Part shown: positions 22,705 through 35,794 of the stretch, piece by piece
Numbering within the stretch: position 1 is the stretch's first letter
How the letters are laid out: each line of letters starts with the position of its first letter
From: Neodothiora populina
Lineage: Eukaryota
Length of the DNA stretch: 64,000 nt
Direction of reading: 5' to 3'
Assembly (NCBI RefSeq): GCF_041146345.1
Contig: NW_027191413.1
Span: 1,054,001-1,118,000, forward strand
Position numbers and translations under genes: made by a program
The notes under the pieces: model-generated
Database searches by the model: none
What the model was told of the DNA's origin: nothing
The model's input: only the letters and a program-made list of their open reading frames with translations

Positions 22705-24943
22705 GATGTTCTTCGTGCAGGTTGGAGATTATCAGTAGCTGGATCCTGGAGTAACAGTAATGGAAGACCATGGCTAGCACCCTTATATAGCACATTATAC
22801 CATGACGGCCCAGAGGGGCTGAAGAGACGCCTTGTTTTCTCATGCAATGCAAGCGGCCGAAAAAGAAGCCTTGCACTGCCTGTTCTTGGCTAGTATTGGT
22901 CAATGGAGCCCGACCTCGACACTGCACATTTTGGCTTAAGGGTAAATGTATATGAATGAGCAGTCACTCATCACCTTGTGATACGACTGTACCGTTTCCA
23001 CAGAAGTTCAGACCTCCCAGGACAAGTGGTATTGAAGCGCTTGCAACTCGACCTTCGTATGTTTAAGAGCTCGCAGTTGCAGGGACAGCCTTTCAGTATG
23101 TCAATTGTTCATAACAAAGCTATACTGGCGCAGTACAGAACCTGGAGTCGAGTAAGATTATTCATTGGATACCAGTTGCAGCACATCCCAGGCTGTGCTG
23201 GTCACAGCTCCCAATGGCCAGCCACCGAGGTCAGCTGGACAGGTTTCGTAAAGAAGAAGAAAGAAGAGTCCAGCCATGAGGTCGGGAAAGTGCACTTTCT
23301 ATCAGATGAAGAGATATTCTCAGAATGGAAGGAGCGCACCAGAGTCAGGAGCGATTTGACGGATACTTGAGCCATGAGTGCCAGCTGCATCGATTTCCCT
23401 TCTTGCCCGAAGGCAAATGATGCTTTGGAATCGATGGACTAAAAACTCCTGGCAAGGGACGACGTACTAGCATATGTGGGCAGCAAGGAAGTCATGACAA
23501 TGTATAAACTGGAAATGGTTTTTGGCTCGTTTGAACGAGGTCCTTCATACATGGACAGTATCATTGTTTCCGGTGGATGTTGTCAGAACTCTCGATGTGA
23601 CTAAGGTACACAGCTACGGAATCATGGACGGAACGATCACATGGGAACCCCAGCCGCTTGCTCCACGCTTTGCTTATTTTGCTATGTGATCTTGATCCCC
23701 TTTGCTTGCTCCTCGGTGTAATGTAAAGCCTACGATTTCTTACAGGAAGGCTTGAACTGTGTGCATAAACAGTAATGTACAGCGAGCAATCAGGCTCGAG
23801 ATAAGAACGAATCCCGGTCGCCAAAAAAATGGTGTACTCCGCAATACCTTGGGACACCTCCGACGCTCTCATGTTATCGAGTGAAGTCCTCCGAGACCAT
23901 GTGTACAATGCTAGCGCAAGTGTCACAAAGAAGAAAGACAAACTTCGGGTATCACCAATGGCGAGTAATTCACCGGCTATCCATGTTGCTGTACGATGTT
24001 AAATTGGTGGTAGTGAATCACATATATGTCAATTGCCAACCGGACAATGGCACGTCCTTGAAAGTCAGCATCAGACTGTCTCATGACAACAGGTATTCTT
24101 CACAATATTGGGGACTCGGCATGGCTGTGCTCTCTGATTGGAATCAAATCCGAAGTCTCAAAGGGTTGGCCAACAAGACTGTCCTTGTGCTCCTGTCTCA
24201 TGTTATTGCATGTGAATATGGTGCGCTCGCTACACACCCTGAGTCAGCGTAACTGATGTGTATCAAAACGGACATCTGTAAGATCGACTACTCTAGCCGA
24301 ACCTCTGGACAGCCATGAATATATCGTGCGCAACAACCGTCTCGCATCTTTACCTCAAGCTGTTTCGACAGGCTTGTAGAAGATCAATGATTTTCTTTCT
24401 TCGACACATCTCCGGGGTCCAGACCTATCGTTGGACTGACCAGATCTAGAGCTTATTATCTCATCATGGTAGAAATTCCCTCGGGCAGATTCCCACAACG
24501 CCAAAGCTATTGTCAAACCAAGTCAGTGTTTTGATAGGCCCACAACACAGGCATTGACCCGGTATTGAAAAGGCATGTCATAGCATCCAAGATGACGATG
24601 TGGTCGAAGCAATCACAATCTCACTTCGTCGCTGCCTTGGAATCAATGTACGACGTCAGGCACCAAGTAGAAGTAAAAGGAGAACGAATGAACGTCACAT
24701 GAGCGTTGTGATTGCCGAGTACTGAAGCAGATGTACGACAATGTAGGATTCGGTCGAAGGGCATTGGTATGCATGTGAGTCACGCAGTCGAGGCGATGCT
24801 TGAGCAGTAAGGACAGCGAAGGTATAAGTAGCCATTCACCTCAGTCCTTTTTGCTTGTTCTCGACCACCTTGTCGGAAGAGTCATTTCTTTTAAAACAAT
24901 CGCCATCCAACATATCAGCAGTACAATCCTTGAGACGTGAACC

Positions 24944-25642
24944 ATGGCTCATCGAACGACAATCAGATACACTCACAGCTCCCCCAGCCTAGCCCGTCAA
25001 CAACGATCACTCCCTGAGCACGAGCGCTACGAACGAGTATATCTCCGAACCAGATCCGTCCGACCACATGCCGAAGGCACCACAACAACTACCAGAATCA
25101 CAACCACTCAACGACAGAGTGTTCCAGCCCCTGCGCGTCCACCAACAAGCGGTGATCGCCAGGTTTTGCCGCGAGCAGACACTAGACGTCTGCCTGTTTC
25201 TCGAGGTACGCAAAAAGAACAAATGCCCCAAGTAGATCCCGTAGCACCATAAATAAACCGTGAAGAAGACCAAAAGCCAAACCCAACTCGAGAACGCCCT
25301 TCTCGTGGCATTGCAGCCCCGTACAAACAGTACCCACCCACCATCCATACGGAGCAGGTACAAATTACACTCGGCGCTCGCCGTCCTGCTCGTCCTCGCG
25401 AGTCTATCCCCGTCCAGCACAATCTGCACAGATCTCCGCAGGGAAACTCCTCTAGATACGTCGAAGTGGATAGGCGCAGGGATGTATATGTAAAGGGCAG
25501 TGATACGCAGCGAAGACATGGAGTCGTAGACGGGAACCGTGGTGGTTTGGGCCCTAGTGCCACCGCCGTCGGAGTCGGCGTAGTTATCTCTGTGGCGCCC
25601 GTGTATGTTCGCGAGACCGGTGCCTCGAGATACAGTTCATAG
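24944..25642 (+). pseudogene. Orphan R/P/T-rich ORF interrupted by one in-frame TAA (25250-25252)
   Basis: TATA-like box at ~24823 and accATGg start. After the TAA the same frame stays open ~130 codons to TAG 25640-25642 with similar composition. No recognisable homology. Confidence 0.35.
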
Positions 25643-26852
25643 ATTGCTAGCTACGGTTCTGGCGAGAGAGAAGCGAAAGGGCAGGTGATTATTCGGTGAA
25701 GTCGGCATATGAGATCTCCAGGGTGTAAGCATTGAGGTCATGTAGAATGATGACTATCAATCTAGGGTTTGATTGTGTTTTTTAACAGTGTGATATCTTG
25801 AGGAAAGTGGGATTGTGCATGCATTACCCTGTGTCGTAGATACCTTGTGTCTCGTAACATTAGTCCCTCCTTCTTTAGGGAAGTGGTGAGCTGGCTTTGT
25901 AATTGGGAATGCATTGGATGGACATAGCTGGGGTGAGCTGAGGCGAGCAAGGGCACAAGAGACATGGATCAGAAGATAAACAACATCGTGCGTGTGACGA
26001 GAAGTCTCGTCTACCTGAAGCATGAAACTGGTCGACCGTAGTGCGTCTACACAACGAAGTGGCAGCATCCAAGAAAGCAGTGCGAAATCGAGTGGTGTGG
26101 ACAGGAATAGAAGAAGAAAATTCTAAAATGAAGTCAAATATAAAAATAAAATAAAAAAGCCTCGGAGAATTTCCGTTATAATTCATACTACTCATTAAAA
26201 ATTGCTTTCGTGTACTTGATTGTTTGTCAATTTGTTCCCTTTCCAGTTCCCGCAATCCCTGGACAGAAAAAGACAATTCGAAAAGAAACCCCCAATACCC
26301 TCCCCCAGAGACGAAAAAACACGACTACTCAAACAACAATATTCCCCAAAGTCAGGGGATGAGCCTCCGTTATCCAAACATACAAATTCGCTCTTTGAAA
26401 AAACGTCGAAAAGAAAAACAAAAAGGTAAAAAGGAAGAGCAAAAGGATGTTGACAGGGGCAAGCCATCAATGCATCCAAACCCCAAACCCATTAAAAACG
26501 CCATAGGAAAGCCGAAAGTGGTGGCGACAAAAGGCCTACCACTACAGAATGAAAATCGTATCTCAACAATTCGTGTCAGATATCCAGCCATTTGCAAAAT
26601 TGCCAACAGCGTAGTATCTACAAGCCATCGTCCACTCCAACTTCTGCTCCATCCCTTGCTCGCATTGCATTCGTATCCAGTGCTTGAGAGCTGAAGTCAA
26701 TCTTCGTTCACGTATCAATCGTGGCCATTCGTATCCTGGTGTTGCAGCAAGATGTCCAGCTTGCGCTATATTGAGTTAGGTCCATCAGGAATGATCATAT
26801 TTCGTGCCGCATATTCGTGGAGAACACCAAGGTCGTCTAGACATGAGCGTGC

Positions 26853-26885
26853 ATCGTCGTCGTCGTCATCGTCGTCATCATCATT
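26853..26885. repeat. (TCG/TCA)n trinucleotide microsatellite in the forkhead 3' region
   Basis: tcgtcgtcgtcgtcatcgtcgtcatcatcatt seen directly. Confidence 0.8.
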
Positions 26886-27001
26886 GTTCCTCGTTCCACT
26901 TGAGAGGTTGTCGCTTCGTTTCAATCTTCTGTGCCACTTCGCCGATGACCGGTCGTCCTTCGGTCTTGCACACAGCAAATGCATCTGCATTCAGGCTTTG
27001 C

Positions 27002-29446
27002 CTAAAAGCGGGAAGTGATGCTGCGACTCATGCTGGGTCTGTGGCCAGGCTTTCTGATTGGGCTTCCTTGAGCCTTCTTGTTCTCCATGGCAGCTTTGGC
27101 GCCCAGAGGAGCGAAGCCAGCCATCAGGTCAAAGCCCTCTTCGTCGTCGTCGCCGTTCTGCAGACCGAGGCCGAAGAGGCCTTCGTTGTGCGAAGGAAAG
27201 TAGGAGTCGAGGCTCAGATCAAGCCACTCGGGTGCATTGCCAGAGTCATGATGAAGGTTAGATGATGGCACCGCGAATGAGGGCATCTTCGAAGGCGATG
27301 CGAGCTGCACAGGTGAACGAAGCATAGGGTTAGGGGAGGCAAAGGCGTTTGACCTGACAACGTTGCCTGCGGTGGGCATGAGAGGAGTAAAATTCTCGAA
27401 AAGACCGGTGACGGCTGGGGCATGAGCCTTGATGGCGGAACGAGGCGGTCCAGTGACACTGGCGAGAGCATCGGAGCTTCTAGCAGCGCGATCGATGCGA
27501 GGACGTTTCTTCTCCGGGCTTCCTCTTGCGGTCAAGTCTTCGTCATCGACATCCGCTTTGCTGAGTGCAGTGTAGCCATCTTCCCAGAATTCGTTCTCAT
27601 CGCCATTCGTCCAGGTCATCTCGCTACGCTTCAAAGGCGAAGATCCAAGATTGAAGGCAGGGGACCAAGAACCAGCTTGTAGTGGGGTCCACTTACCCGG
27701 GCTGTCACCGAGGAGGGCCTTCATTCTGTTGCGATGGTTGCGGAGGTTGGTGTTTGGGGAGGCAGATGGAGGAGGACGTGCAGGCTTCTTGAACACAACA
27801 GCAGGCGTCAGCGGGGCAGGAAAGTCGGCCTTGTTGTCCTCGTTGGACGTCTCGGCATCATTGGACGATGTAGGACGCTTGGGCGAGGAGAATTCAAAGT
27901 GAACAGAAGCCTTCTTCTTGTGACCGTGCTGCTGGATAGTCTTTTCCTTGGTCGGACTGTCGAAGCTAGAGCTACGAATGCGGGCGATTTCTTCTTCGGC
28001 ACGGCCACGCTTGATACCGCCACGGCGGTGCTCGACGTGGTTGTCGGCTTCAGAGGTGAGGACGGAACGAAGGGGGTTGCGGACAGCGGAAGACTCAATT
28101 GACGAGTAGTAGCCACTGTCTTGCATTGCGGCGACCTTGCGCTTTCGTCCACCTGATCTGGTCTGGGGGCCGCCGATCGGTGTGGTATCGTGACGGTTAC
28201 GAGAGGGTGGAGGAGACATCGGCGGAGGAGATGATCCGATGTGAGGCGGTGGGGATGAGCGGAGTGCACGAGAGGGAGGCGGCATGGCAATGGCATCGGT
28301 CTGCTCATCTTCTTGCATCGCCGGATCGGAGCCAGGAATGGTGGCGTCCGAGGAGAAGTGGTCTTCGGGAAACTTGGAAGAATCGACAATCTTGGCTTCC
28401 ATCTTCTTGACGGACGGAGCGAGGGTGAACTGACCGACTGCGGGTGCGGTCGACGGGCGAACGATGCTCGAGGGTAGAGAAGCTTGAGAAAGCGGCTCTG
28501 CGGCAGTGGTTGGGAGGAATTTGCGCATCGGCCTATCCTTCATGAACTGCTTCTCCATGCCAGGCTCAATGGCCCAGTAGTTGCCCTTTCCTGGATCGTC
28601 CTTTGGTCTTTCTTGCTTGATAAACGCCTTGTTCAGACTGAGGTTGTGACGGATGCTGTTCTGCCAGCCGGAGTCAGAAGCGCGATAGAACTTGAAGTTG
28701 TCCGAGATCCACTTGTATATCTGGGCCAGGGTGAGGCGACGGTTGGGAGCGCGAAGAATGGCCATTCCAATGAGGATGGCGTAGCTATATGATGGTTTGG
28801 CGCCATCGTCTTCGACCTGCGGCATTTCCTCCGGATGAGGGAGAGCGAAGTCGAATTGTTGTGACTCCTCGACGCGTGCTTTCTTGTTGCTTCGGTCCTT
28901 GAGCGGCACGGCGTCTGAGAAGCTCCTCTTGCCAGGGGCCTTGTAGCCGTATTGGGCTGCGTATGCCGACGCGTCGTCTACGCCAGAATACATGTTCTCC
29001 TTGTTGTTCATATTGCTCCCGAGCGTCGATGGGAAGGTTGTGAAGAGGGACTGTGCTTGTGGAAGGCCGCGAGGGAGGCCTGCGTGGTAGTGCGCGCCAA
29101 TAAAGCCAGGGGCCTTCTTAGGAGGAGAGTCTGTGAAGGAAGATGGCACAGGCAGGGGCAGGTTGATGTTGCCGTTGAGACTTCGCTTTCCGAGGGGAAA
29201 GACGGGTGCAGCGGTGATCGGAGACGCAGAATGTCGCTGAGGTTTGCGAGGCGATATGGCGCCGTTCGATGGTACGGAGGGATGGGGAGGGTAGTTTTGG
29301 TATTGTGCGTTGTGGTATTGACTCTGGTGTTGGTGCGGGGGAGCGTCGGCGGCAAAGGGACGCAGGGCGCTGACAAGAGCTGCTTCTACTGATGAAGAAG
29401 AGTCTTGGTAAATGTGAAGAGGAGCCTGTCGACGCGTAGAAGCCAT
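27002..29446 (-). CDS. Forkhead-box transcription factor (Sep1/Hcm1-like)
   Basis: [35 protein letters not shown]...[33 protein letters not shown]. No FHA domain; many S/T-P sites; KEN box (NKENM). Confidence 0.92.
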   Translation of the reverse strand: MASTRRQAPLHIYQDSSSSVEAALVSALRPFAADAPPHQHQSQYHNAQYQNYPPHPSVPSNGAISPRKPQRHSASPITAAPVFPLGKRSLNGNINLPLPVPSSFTDSPPKKAPGFIGAHYHAGLPRGLPQAQSLFTTFPSTLGSNMNNKENMYSGVDDASAYAAQYGYKAPGKRSFSDAVPLKDRSNKKARVEESQQFDFALPHPEEMPQVEDDGAKPSYSYAILIGMAILRAPNRRLTLAQIYKWISDNFKFYRASDSGWQNSIRHNLSLNKAFIKQERPKDDPGKGNYWAIEPGMEKQFMKDRPMRKFLPTTAAEPLSQASLPSSIVRPSTAPAVGQFTLAPSVKKMEAKIVDSSKFPEDHFSSDATIPGSDPAMQEDEQTDAIAMPPPSRALRSSPPPHIGSSPPPMSPPPSRNRHDTTPIGGPQTRSGGRKRKVAAMQDSGYYSSIESSAVRNPLRSVLTSEADNHVEHRRGGIKRGRAEEEIARIRSSSFDSPTKEKTIQQHGHKKKASVHFEFSSPKRPTSSNDAETSNEDNKADFPAPLTPAVVFKKPARPPPSASPNTNLRNHRNRMKALLGDSPGKWTPLQAGSWSPAFNLGSSPLKRSEMTWTNGDENEFWEDGYTALSKADVDDEDLTARGSPEKKRPRIDRAARSSDALASVTGPPRSAIKAHAPAVTGLFENFTPLMPTAGNVVRSNAFASPNPMLRSPVQLASPSKMPSFAVPSSNLHHDSGNAPEWLDLSLDSYFPSHNEGLFGLGLQNGDDDEEGFDLMAGFAPLGAKAAMENKKAQGSPIRKPGHRPSMSRSITSRF

Positions 29447-32366
29447 CGTTCGACGACGAGAGATTGAGGAGATAAGTCACACACTTGACCGCGGGCCTGG
29501 CCAGTAGTGGTCTGGCTGAACCGGTCAGTGGTGATATCAGAGAGATTTATTTAGTGACCGAGCGGCGGCGGGTGTTCCGATACAGCAGTTGTCCAGATGT
29601 TGATGACGACGATGCTGTTTGGGTGATGGTATAGATGGATAAGGTGGTTGCAGCGTACAGCAATAGAAAATAGACGGAATGTGTCTAGTCTACTGTGGAT
29701 GGATTGACTCTCCATGCGCAGGATAGAACTTGGATCACCTTATGCAAGGAAGACAGAAGCAGCCGGCTATGCTCTTAACTCAGCCTTTTTTTCGCAGGAA
29801 AAGCATGAAAAGCAACGGAAAACGTGCGCGCGGCTTGAGAAATGCTAAAAAGGAGCATCGTTAGTGCCAAAAGACCAGAGGCGTGGTGGACTGTGAGATT
29901 ACAAACGTTGCACTCTGATATGTCTACCTTACCTGTGCCTATGCCTCTGTGCCCTTGAGTTCCGAGCGAGAGAGCTTGGATCAAACGGCACCGGTCAAAG
30001 CGTGTCTATCCCTGCTATCATGTCCCGATTGTCAAGAGATCGAGTCGCGCGGATCGGCGCCTAATTACAATTGCGCAAGTCCCGTCACCGCTCCGGAGTA
30101 AATCAATTAATTGGAAGAAGAGCAGTGCCCGTAAAGCAATGACGACGATCGAAGAAGGGTATGCGAGAAAAGTGAGATGATGTGGTGGTGGGGGCGAGAG
30201 CCAGAGAGAGAGAGAAACGATGCTGATACACACTCTGCTGCAGCTGCTGCTGATGCTGATACTACTACAACAACTACTGCACAGTGCCTGTCCTGTTCCT
30301 GTACCTTATTGTTTTGTTGACACTGCACTCAGCCGTGTTACTTGCGCGTTGAGCAAGGGTTCTCAAGACTGGGCGATCCACCGCGACCAATGACCGACAG
30401 CACATCAGAGCAACTCGTAGCAGAAAATCCGGGCCCTCGACTAAAATGGCACAAGGCTCCTCCTCCCACCCCCCCCCCCCCCGAACCCCACCTTCATCGC
30501 CTTCCCGTCGAGCCGCTTGACGTCGACCGGACACGAACTGGGCACCAAAGTCACATGTCGAGCCCCAGAAGTCACCCTTCCGCACCAAAGCCGTAGCCAG
30601 CTGTAGCTCCACCTTACCTTACCTTACTTAGCACCACAATCGCCAATCGATTGGATGCCGCCGCCATTTGATAAAATTGATTGCCCTTACGCGCGCGCTC
30701 TGCCCTTGCATTCCGCATATGTACAACACATATCTGCAGTAGTAAGAACCTCTCGTGTTCACATACTTGTACTAGCATTATCACTCGTATAATTAGGTAG
30801 CTAACTTGCTCTTTTCCTCTTCTTCCCGCTCCCGCCGCTACTCCCTCGCAGCCCCTTGCTTGTCTTTAAGATTTTGCGAAATGTTGGTTTTATTTGTTCA
30901 GGACCAATGTCTACCTTGCGCAGTACATGTTACGGAGCTTGTGCACCGAGGCTTCCTACTAGCGATGCCCACGGGCTAAGGCCTTGAATTCCATTGCTGC
31001 TTATCCAGCTTCCAGATCGCCGATGTCCGCTCGCTTAGCTCTGCAACTCCCCGCCGATCCTCGAGCCAAGCTTAAATGAAGCGCGCCCATATCCACATAC
31101 CTCTTACTTGCAAGTGCGCCTCTCGCGATAGACGATAAAACTTGCTTTCTCACCGCCAGTGACATCTGACATGGATGTAATCTCTCTCTTCGCATGTTCC
31201 AGGCTCTCATTCTTTGCATCAGAAAAAGTCATCATGTACCGCTCAAGGTGTGGCGACCGGTAGTGCTGCGGGGTGCAGCGAGATATGGATCAGGGGTGCA
31301 CATTCAAAGACGTTGTGTCCTCGGTCGCGGCTTTGCATCGGCGGCGTGACCCTTTCAACCTCCTTACTATCGACCGCTATAACTTCCAGCTTCCTGCTCT
31401 TCCTTGTACCTGAAGTTCATCTTCCGATACGACCGCGGCGGCGTGGGAGTGAACAGCAGCCAGCTATGGCGGAGTATTATGATTCATTTCGCCGTTTCTG
31501 AGGTTTCAAGGTCACATAGTAGCACAAGATAGACACTTGCGCTATTCGCATGCGGAATACACATTCATGAGCCATACCTCAAGTCCTGATGATCTCACGA
31601 AGCGCGAGGGTCTTCTTCATCCATCGCTGCTAAGGTTTGTGCCTCGCGCGTGGTTAATAATATCTTCATGCTTCGGTCCTCGATTTCCCGGCGACGTTTT
31701 AGTCGTTGCGTCCTCGTTCAATTCGCGCTCTGCTAAAATGCTGTCACGAGCCACGGCCTCATCGCGCAACATGACTTGTGATTTCGCGATTGCAGCGCGA
31801 TGGAAAAAGCTGACATATCATCGTACTTGCGGTCGGTCTCGTCGGGTCATCGCGAACTGCAATTGCTGATGCTGCTGCGCGAGTCAAGATCTCTCGGAGC
31901 AAGGACGCCGGCTTGAAACGCCCAGAGCTCGTGCACGAGCTTTATACTGTGGAAACCACCAGCTGTGCCCAACAATCGGAACCACTGGCTCGGTCATTCA
32001 GCACCGCATCTTATTCGTGACGTCTGTCAAATGACTTGCGACCAGCGCTGAGTCCTTCCTTCGCCCTTTGCGGCCACATTGGGCTCTGACCGCTGTTCTG
32101 GTCCTTAGGCTCCCACTTTTGCGATTTCCCGATGCGCGAGCAGGGTGCGCTGCTGTTGCATTGCGCATATACGGCATGTACGCGTCTGAGCATCTTCTTT
32201 CGCTCTGAAGCTTCTTCTAGAAGATGGCTGCTCTTGACCCATCAGACTGCATTCCGCAATTTAATCGCAGATCCGTATCGCAAACAGAGAGATCGCATCT
32301 CATCTCGTAGAAATGCATAGGCTTTGGAAGCTTCGATCGTAGTGAACTCCTCCCGCTGCATTCAAA

Positions 32367-33664
32367 TCAGCCGTCGTCGAGATCCATGTCCTCCTGGTCT
32401 TGGTCTGCTCGCTCGGCGGTAGCCGGCGAAGTCGTTCGTTCCTTGCCCTGATATTCGCTACCTGGTGTGACTTGCTCTTGACCTTGTGCCTGACTCTCTT
32501 TTGCTCTGGCCTCCTCTTCTTCGGCGGTGGGAAATGATAGATGTTTCCAGTCTTCAATCTGCAACAACATATGATCAGTGTCCGTGCCGTGTATTGATCA
32601 TCATTCGCAAATGCTTACCTCTTCCGTAATGCACCTCAGTCTGTCTCTGATGCTCTCCACAGCAAAAGCACCCAGGAGCAGGCGCAGGGGCGGGAAACTA
32701 CAATGGCCAAGCTGCCAAGTCAGCTCTGCGCTTTTGACAGCAGACGTAGGCTGTTGTTTGCTCAGCCATTGAACCACACGCCTGGCGTGAGCCGCAGGCG
32801 CATTCTGGCTTTCGTAAGGCTGACTTGGTGGCTTGACGAAGAAGTGACCGTAGGTGGGAAGTTCACCCATGGCTCCCGAGCCGTCGTTCGCATGCTGATC
32901 AAGACCAGTTGGCTCATCCAGCCGCAGATGACCGGGTGCGAGCAGCGTAGCTTTGATGTTGAAAACATCGACTTCGTAAAGCATGCTCTCCACCAACCCT
33001 TCGACGGCATATTTCGTGGCGCAATACGGGCCCAGGCCGGGCACACCCAACGCACCAGATGTAGATGAGAAGATGAGGTAGCGACCGCTTTGCTGCTCAC
33101 GAAAATAGGGAAGGGACAGCTGGATAATGTTGAGAGTTCCGAAAAAATTGGTTTCGAATTGAGAGCGCAAGTCGCTGAGATCCTGATCTTCACATGCGCC
33201 AATGACTCCATAACCAGTACAGCTGTTGCACACGAATGTCAGTGTGCTTGTCATGCTATAAGCTTGTATGGGGATTGCCTTACTTAACAATGATATCCAT
33301 TCGTCCCCAATGCTGTATCGTTTTCTTGTAAATATTGTCCACCGTGCCGGCGACTCGAACGTCACAAAGCAGACCATACACCAGTTCATGCCAGCCTTGC
33401 ATCTGGGCCATAGTGTTTTCTCCCGTACGACCTACGGCGGTGACCTTATCACCATGTGAGATGCATGCCTTGACAATGCTACGTCCCATGTGGCCTGTGG
33501 CTCCAAAGACCTAGTCATCCAGCTCAATCAGCATTGTGATTTCGCAGCGGCGGTGTAGCATGGACATGGGGACTTACCACCCATACTTTCTGCGAAGGTG
33601 GATTCTCTTCGCCAGGTGGATCTACAGTATAAGGCAGCGCAGCGGGGGATCTGGCGCTTGCCAT
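32367..33664 (-). CDS. Short-chain dehydrogenase/reductase; exons 33664-33578, 33510-33284, 33222-32619, 32558-32367
   Basis: VWVVFGATGHMGRS, DIIVNCTGYG, QFETNFFG, SSTSG, YCATK (YxxxK), PPLRLLLG. Confidence 0.92.
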
Positions 33665-34255
33665 TTTGTTGCTTGTCGCTCGTGATGAGCGTGTGGGACA
33701 CAGCAATGTCAGATCTAGCGGAAGCACTCGGGCTCTCAATGATCTTCACGCATTTACAAGTTCTTCCTCGACCTTCTAGAGCACGATGGCGGAACAATCG
33801 CTTGGCATGGTCTTATAATATATTACTTGTTGCAGATATGAAGCAGGGTTTAGCAATAATTGTAATTGTATCTGTACCTGTCCGAACTCCGGCCTGCCTT
33901 GTCCGATGGGCTGGGGGTGATGACGGTGTGGGGTCACCGCCCTGTATAGACATGTTCGGCACGTCATATCGTTCCATTTTCTGCCGCCCGTCCACCGCAT
34001 CCATCAATATCATTTTAGCTTGACCATGTATAATAGATCAATCTACAATACGGTATAGCGGATAATGCGACTTTAACACGTGACGTGTAGTACAACAAGC
34101 GCGTGCAAGCGGTAGGCGCGTCAGTCAAGAATGTCCAAGGCGAAGCAAGCAGCCTACGGTATGTCGAGTGCATCTTCACAATTTCTTCTTCTTGCGCAAT
34201 CCATACTCTTGTTGTCATCGCCAATGTCAATTGTACCTAGTTCAACCGAATTGAC

Positions 34256-35794
34256 ATGCCTCCAGCTGCAGCCCAGCAACAATCGGGCTCGTCAGCCTCT
34301 GGAGCATATGGCTTTGCGTCTGGTTTCCTCGTTGGCCAGCTGACACTTGCCTTCATCCTCTTCCTCTTCATCAAGTTCTTCATCTTCGGCGAGCCCCCGA
34401 GTGCGGATGTAAGAGCGGCGACTCGTGCCTCTCACAGACGTCAGCGCACTCTATCCCATGCCTCATCGCTTAATATTCGCAAGCGCCGTCACTCCATGTC
34501 CTCTGCTTTCACCTTGAATCGAAAGACTAGTCTACTGGGTCTCAATGCCCCATCCACCAGGATTGGAGGTGCCGTAAACAACTTCTTAACGACAGAGCAG
34601 ATCTTGGCAAAGACTTACTACAATGTTGACGGTCATCAGCCAGAGTCACTGGACTGGTTCAATGTGCTCATTGCTCAGACTATCGCTCAGCTCCGGGCAG
34701 ATGCACTGCAAGACAATGCCGTTCTCGACTCACTCACCACCGCCTTGAATGCGCCTGGCAAGCCTGACTTCATTGATGAGATCCGCATTACCGATATCTC
34801 TCTTGGTGAAGAATTTCCCATATTCAGCAATTGTCGCGTTATTCCTGTGGATGAAAACGGCGCTGTTCTACCTACCAATCAGGGTCGCCGGCGAGGCGGC
34901 AATTCGAGGGCTGACAGAGGAGGCATCGGTGAAAGTCGGCTGCAAGCTCGCATGGATGTAGATCTGAGCGATGTTGTCACTTTAGGCATCGAGACAAAAC
35001 TCGTCCTGAACTATCCTAAACCATTCTCCGCAGTGCTCCCTGTGGCTCTGACTGTGAGCGTTGTGCGATTCTCAGGGACTCTCTCCCTTTCCTTCACTCC
35101 ATCCCAAGGACCTCCATCAGACCATTCCACCTCTGGCGATGATGCTGGGTCAGCAACTAGGTCGCCCACGACTTTGACATTCACCTTCTTGGACGATTAT
35201 CGACTAGACTTGTCTGTCCATTCACTCATCGGCTCACGATCTCGACTCCAGGATGTGCCAAAGGTCGCCCAGATGGTGGAGCAGAGAATACACGACTGGT
35301 TCGACGAGCGCTGTGTTGAGCCGCGGTTTCAACAAATAGTGCTCCCATCACTTTGGCCTCGAAAAAAGAATGTACGTGGTGGAGCAGACGAAGGTATTCC
35401 ACCTGAAGATGATGCTGTCCCTGCAGTGCCTGGCTCGCTTATCACCCCCTCACCATCACCGCCACCTCTAGAAGAGCCAAGAGCCACTGCCCAAGCAAAT
35501 CACGGCAAAGCAGCACCTCCTGGCGTGAAAGAGTGGGCAGAGCAGCAAAGACCTCTTAATGGGAAGGCTTCGCAAGCACGAGCCACGTCTCGAGAGCCGA
35601 GCAGGGATGATCAAGGCCTCAGGCGACGCAAGAGTGAAAGAAAGAGCAACCAAGGACGAGGACTAAACACGGATGAAGATGAGCTTGAACGAGCAGGTGC
35701 CGAGATGCGTGCGGCCGAGCTGAGGGACAAAGAGAAAGGCAAAAGAGGCCGAGACCTTGTTCGTTCTTCGCATCGAGGGAAGCAAGACCAGTAG
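34256..35794 (+). CDS. MMM1: ERMES subunit Mmm1 (TM anchor + SMP domain)
   Basis: GFLVGQL...[80 protein letters not shown]. Confidence 0.95.
   Translation: MPPAAAQQQSGSSASGAYGFASGFLVGQLTLAFILFLFIKFFIFGEPPSADVRAATRASHRRQRTLSHASSLNIRKRRHSMSSAFTLNRKTSLLGLNAPSTRIGGAVNNFLTTEQILAKTYYNVDGHQPESLDWFNVLIAQTIAQLRADALQDNAVLDSLTTALNAPGKPDFIDEIRITDISLGEEFPIFSNCRVIPVDENGAVLPTNQGRRRGGNSRADRGGIGESRLQARMDVDLSDVVTLGIETKLVLNYPKPFSAVLPVALTVSVVRFSGTLSLSFTPSQGPPSDHSTSGDDAGSATRSPTTLTFTFLDDYRLDLSVHSLIGSRSRLQDVPKVAQMVEQRIHDWFDERCVEPRFQQIVLPSLWPRKKNVRGGADEGIPPEDDAVPAVPGSLITPSPSPPPLEEPRATAQANHGKAAPPGVKEWAEQQRPLNGKASQARATSREPSRDDQGLRRRKSERKSNQGRGLNTDEDELERAGAEMRAAELRDKEKGKRGRDLVRSSHRGKQDQ

Noticed and set aside
29450..32360. 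2.9-kb non-coding region with C13, (GA)n, (CTG)n and ACCTT repeats
   Set aside because: Consistent with the long upstream regulatory region of a forkhead TF gene; no TIR/LTR, transposase or tRNA signature seen.
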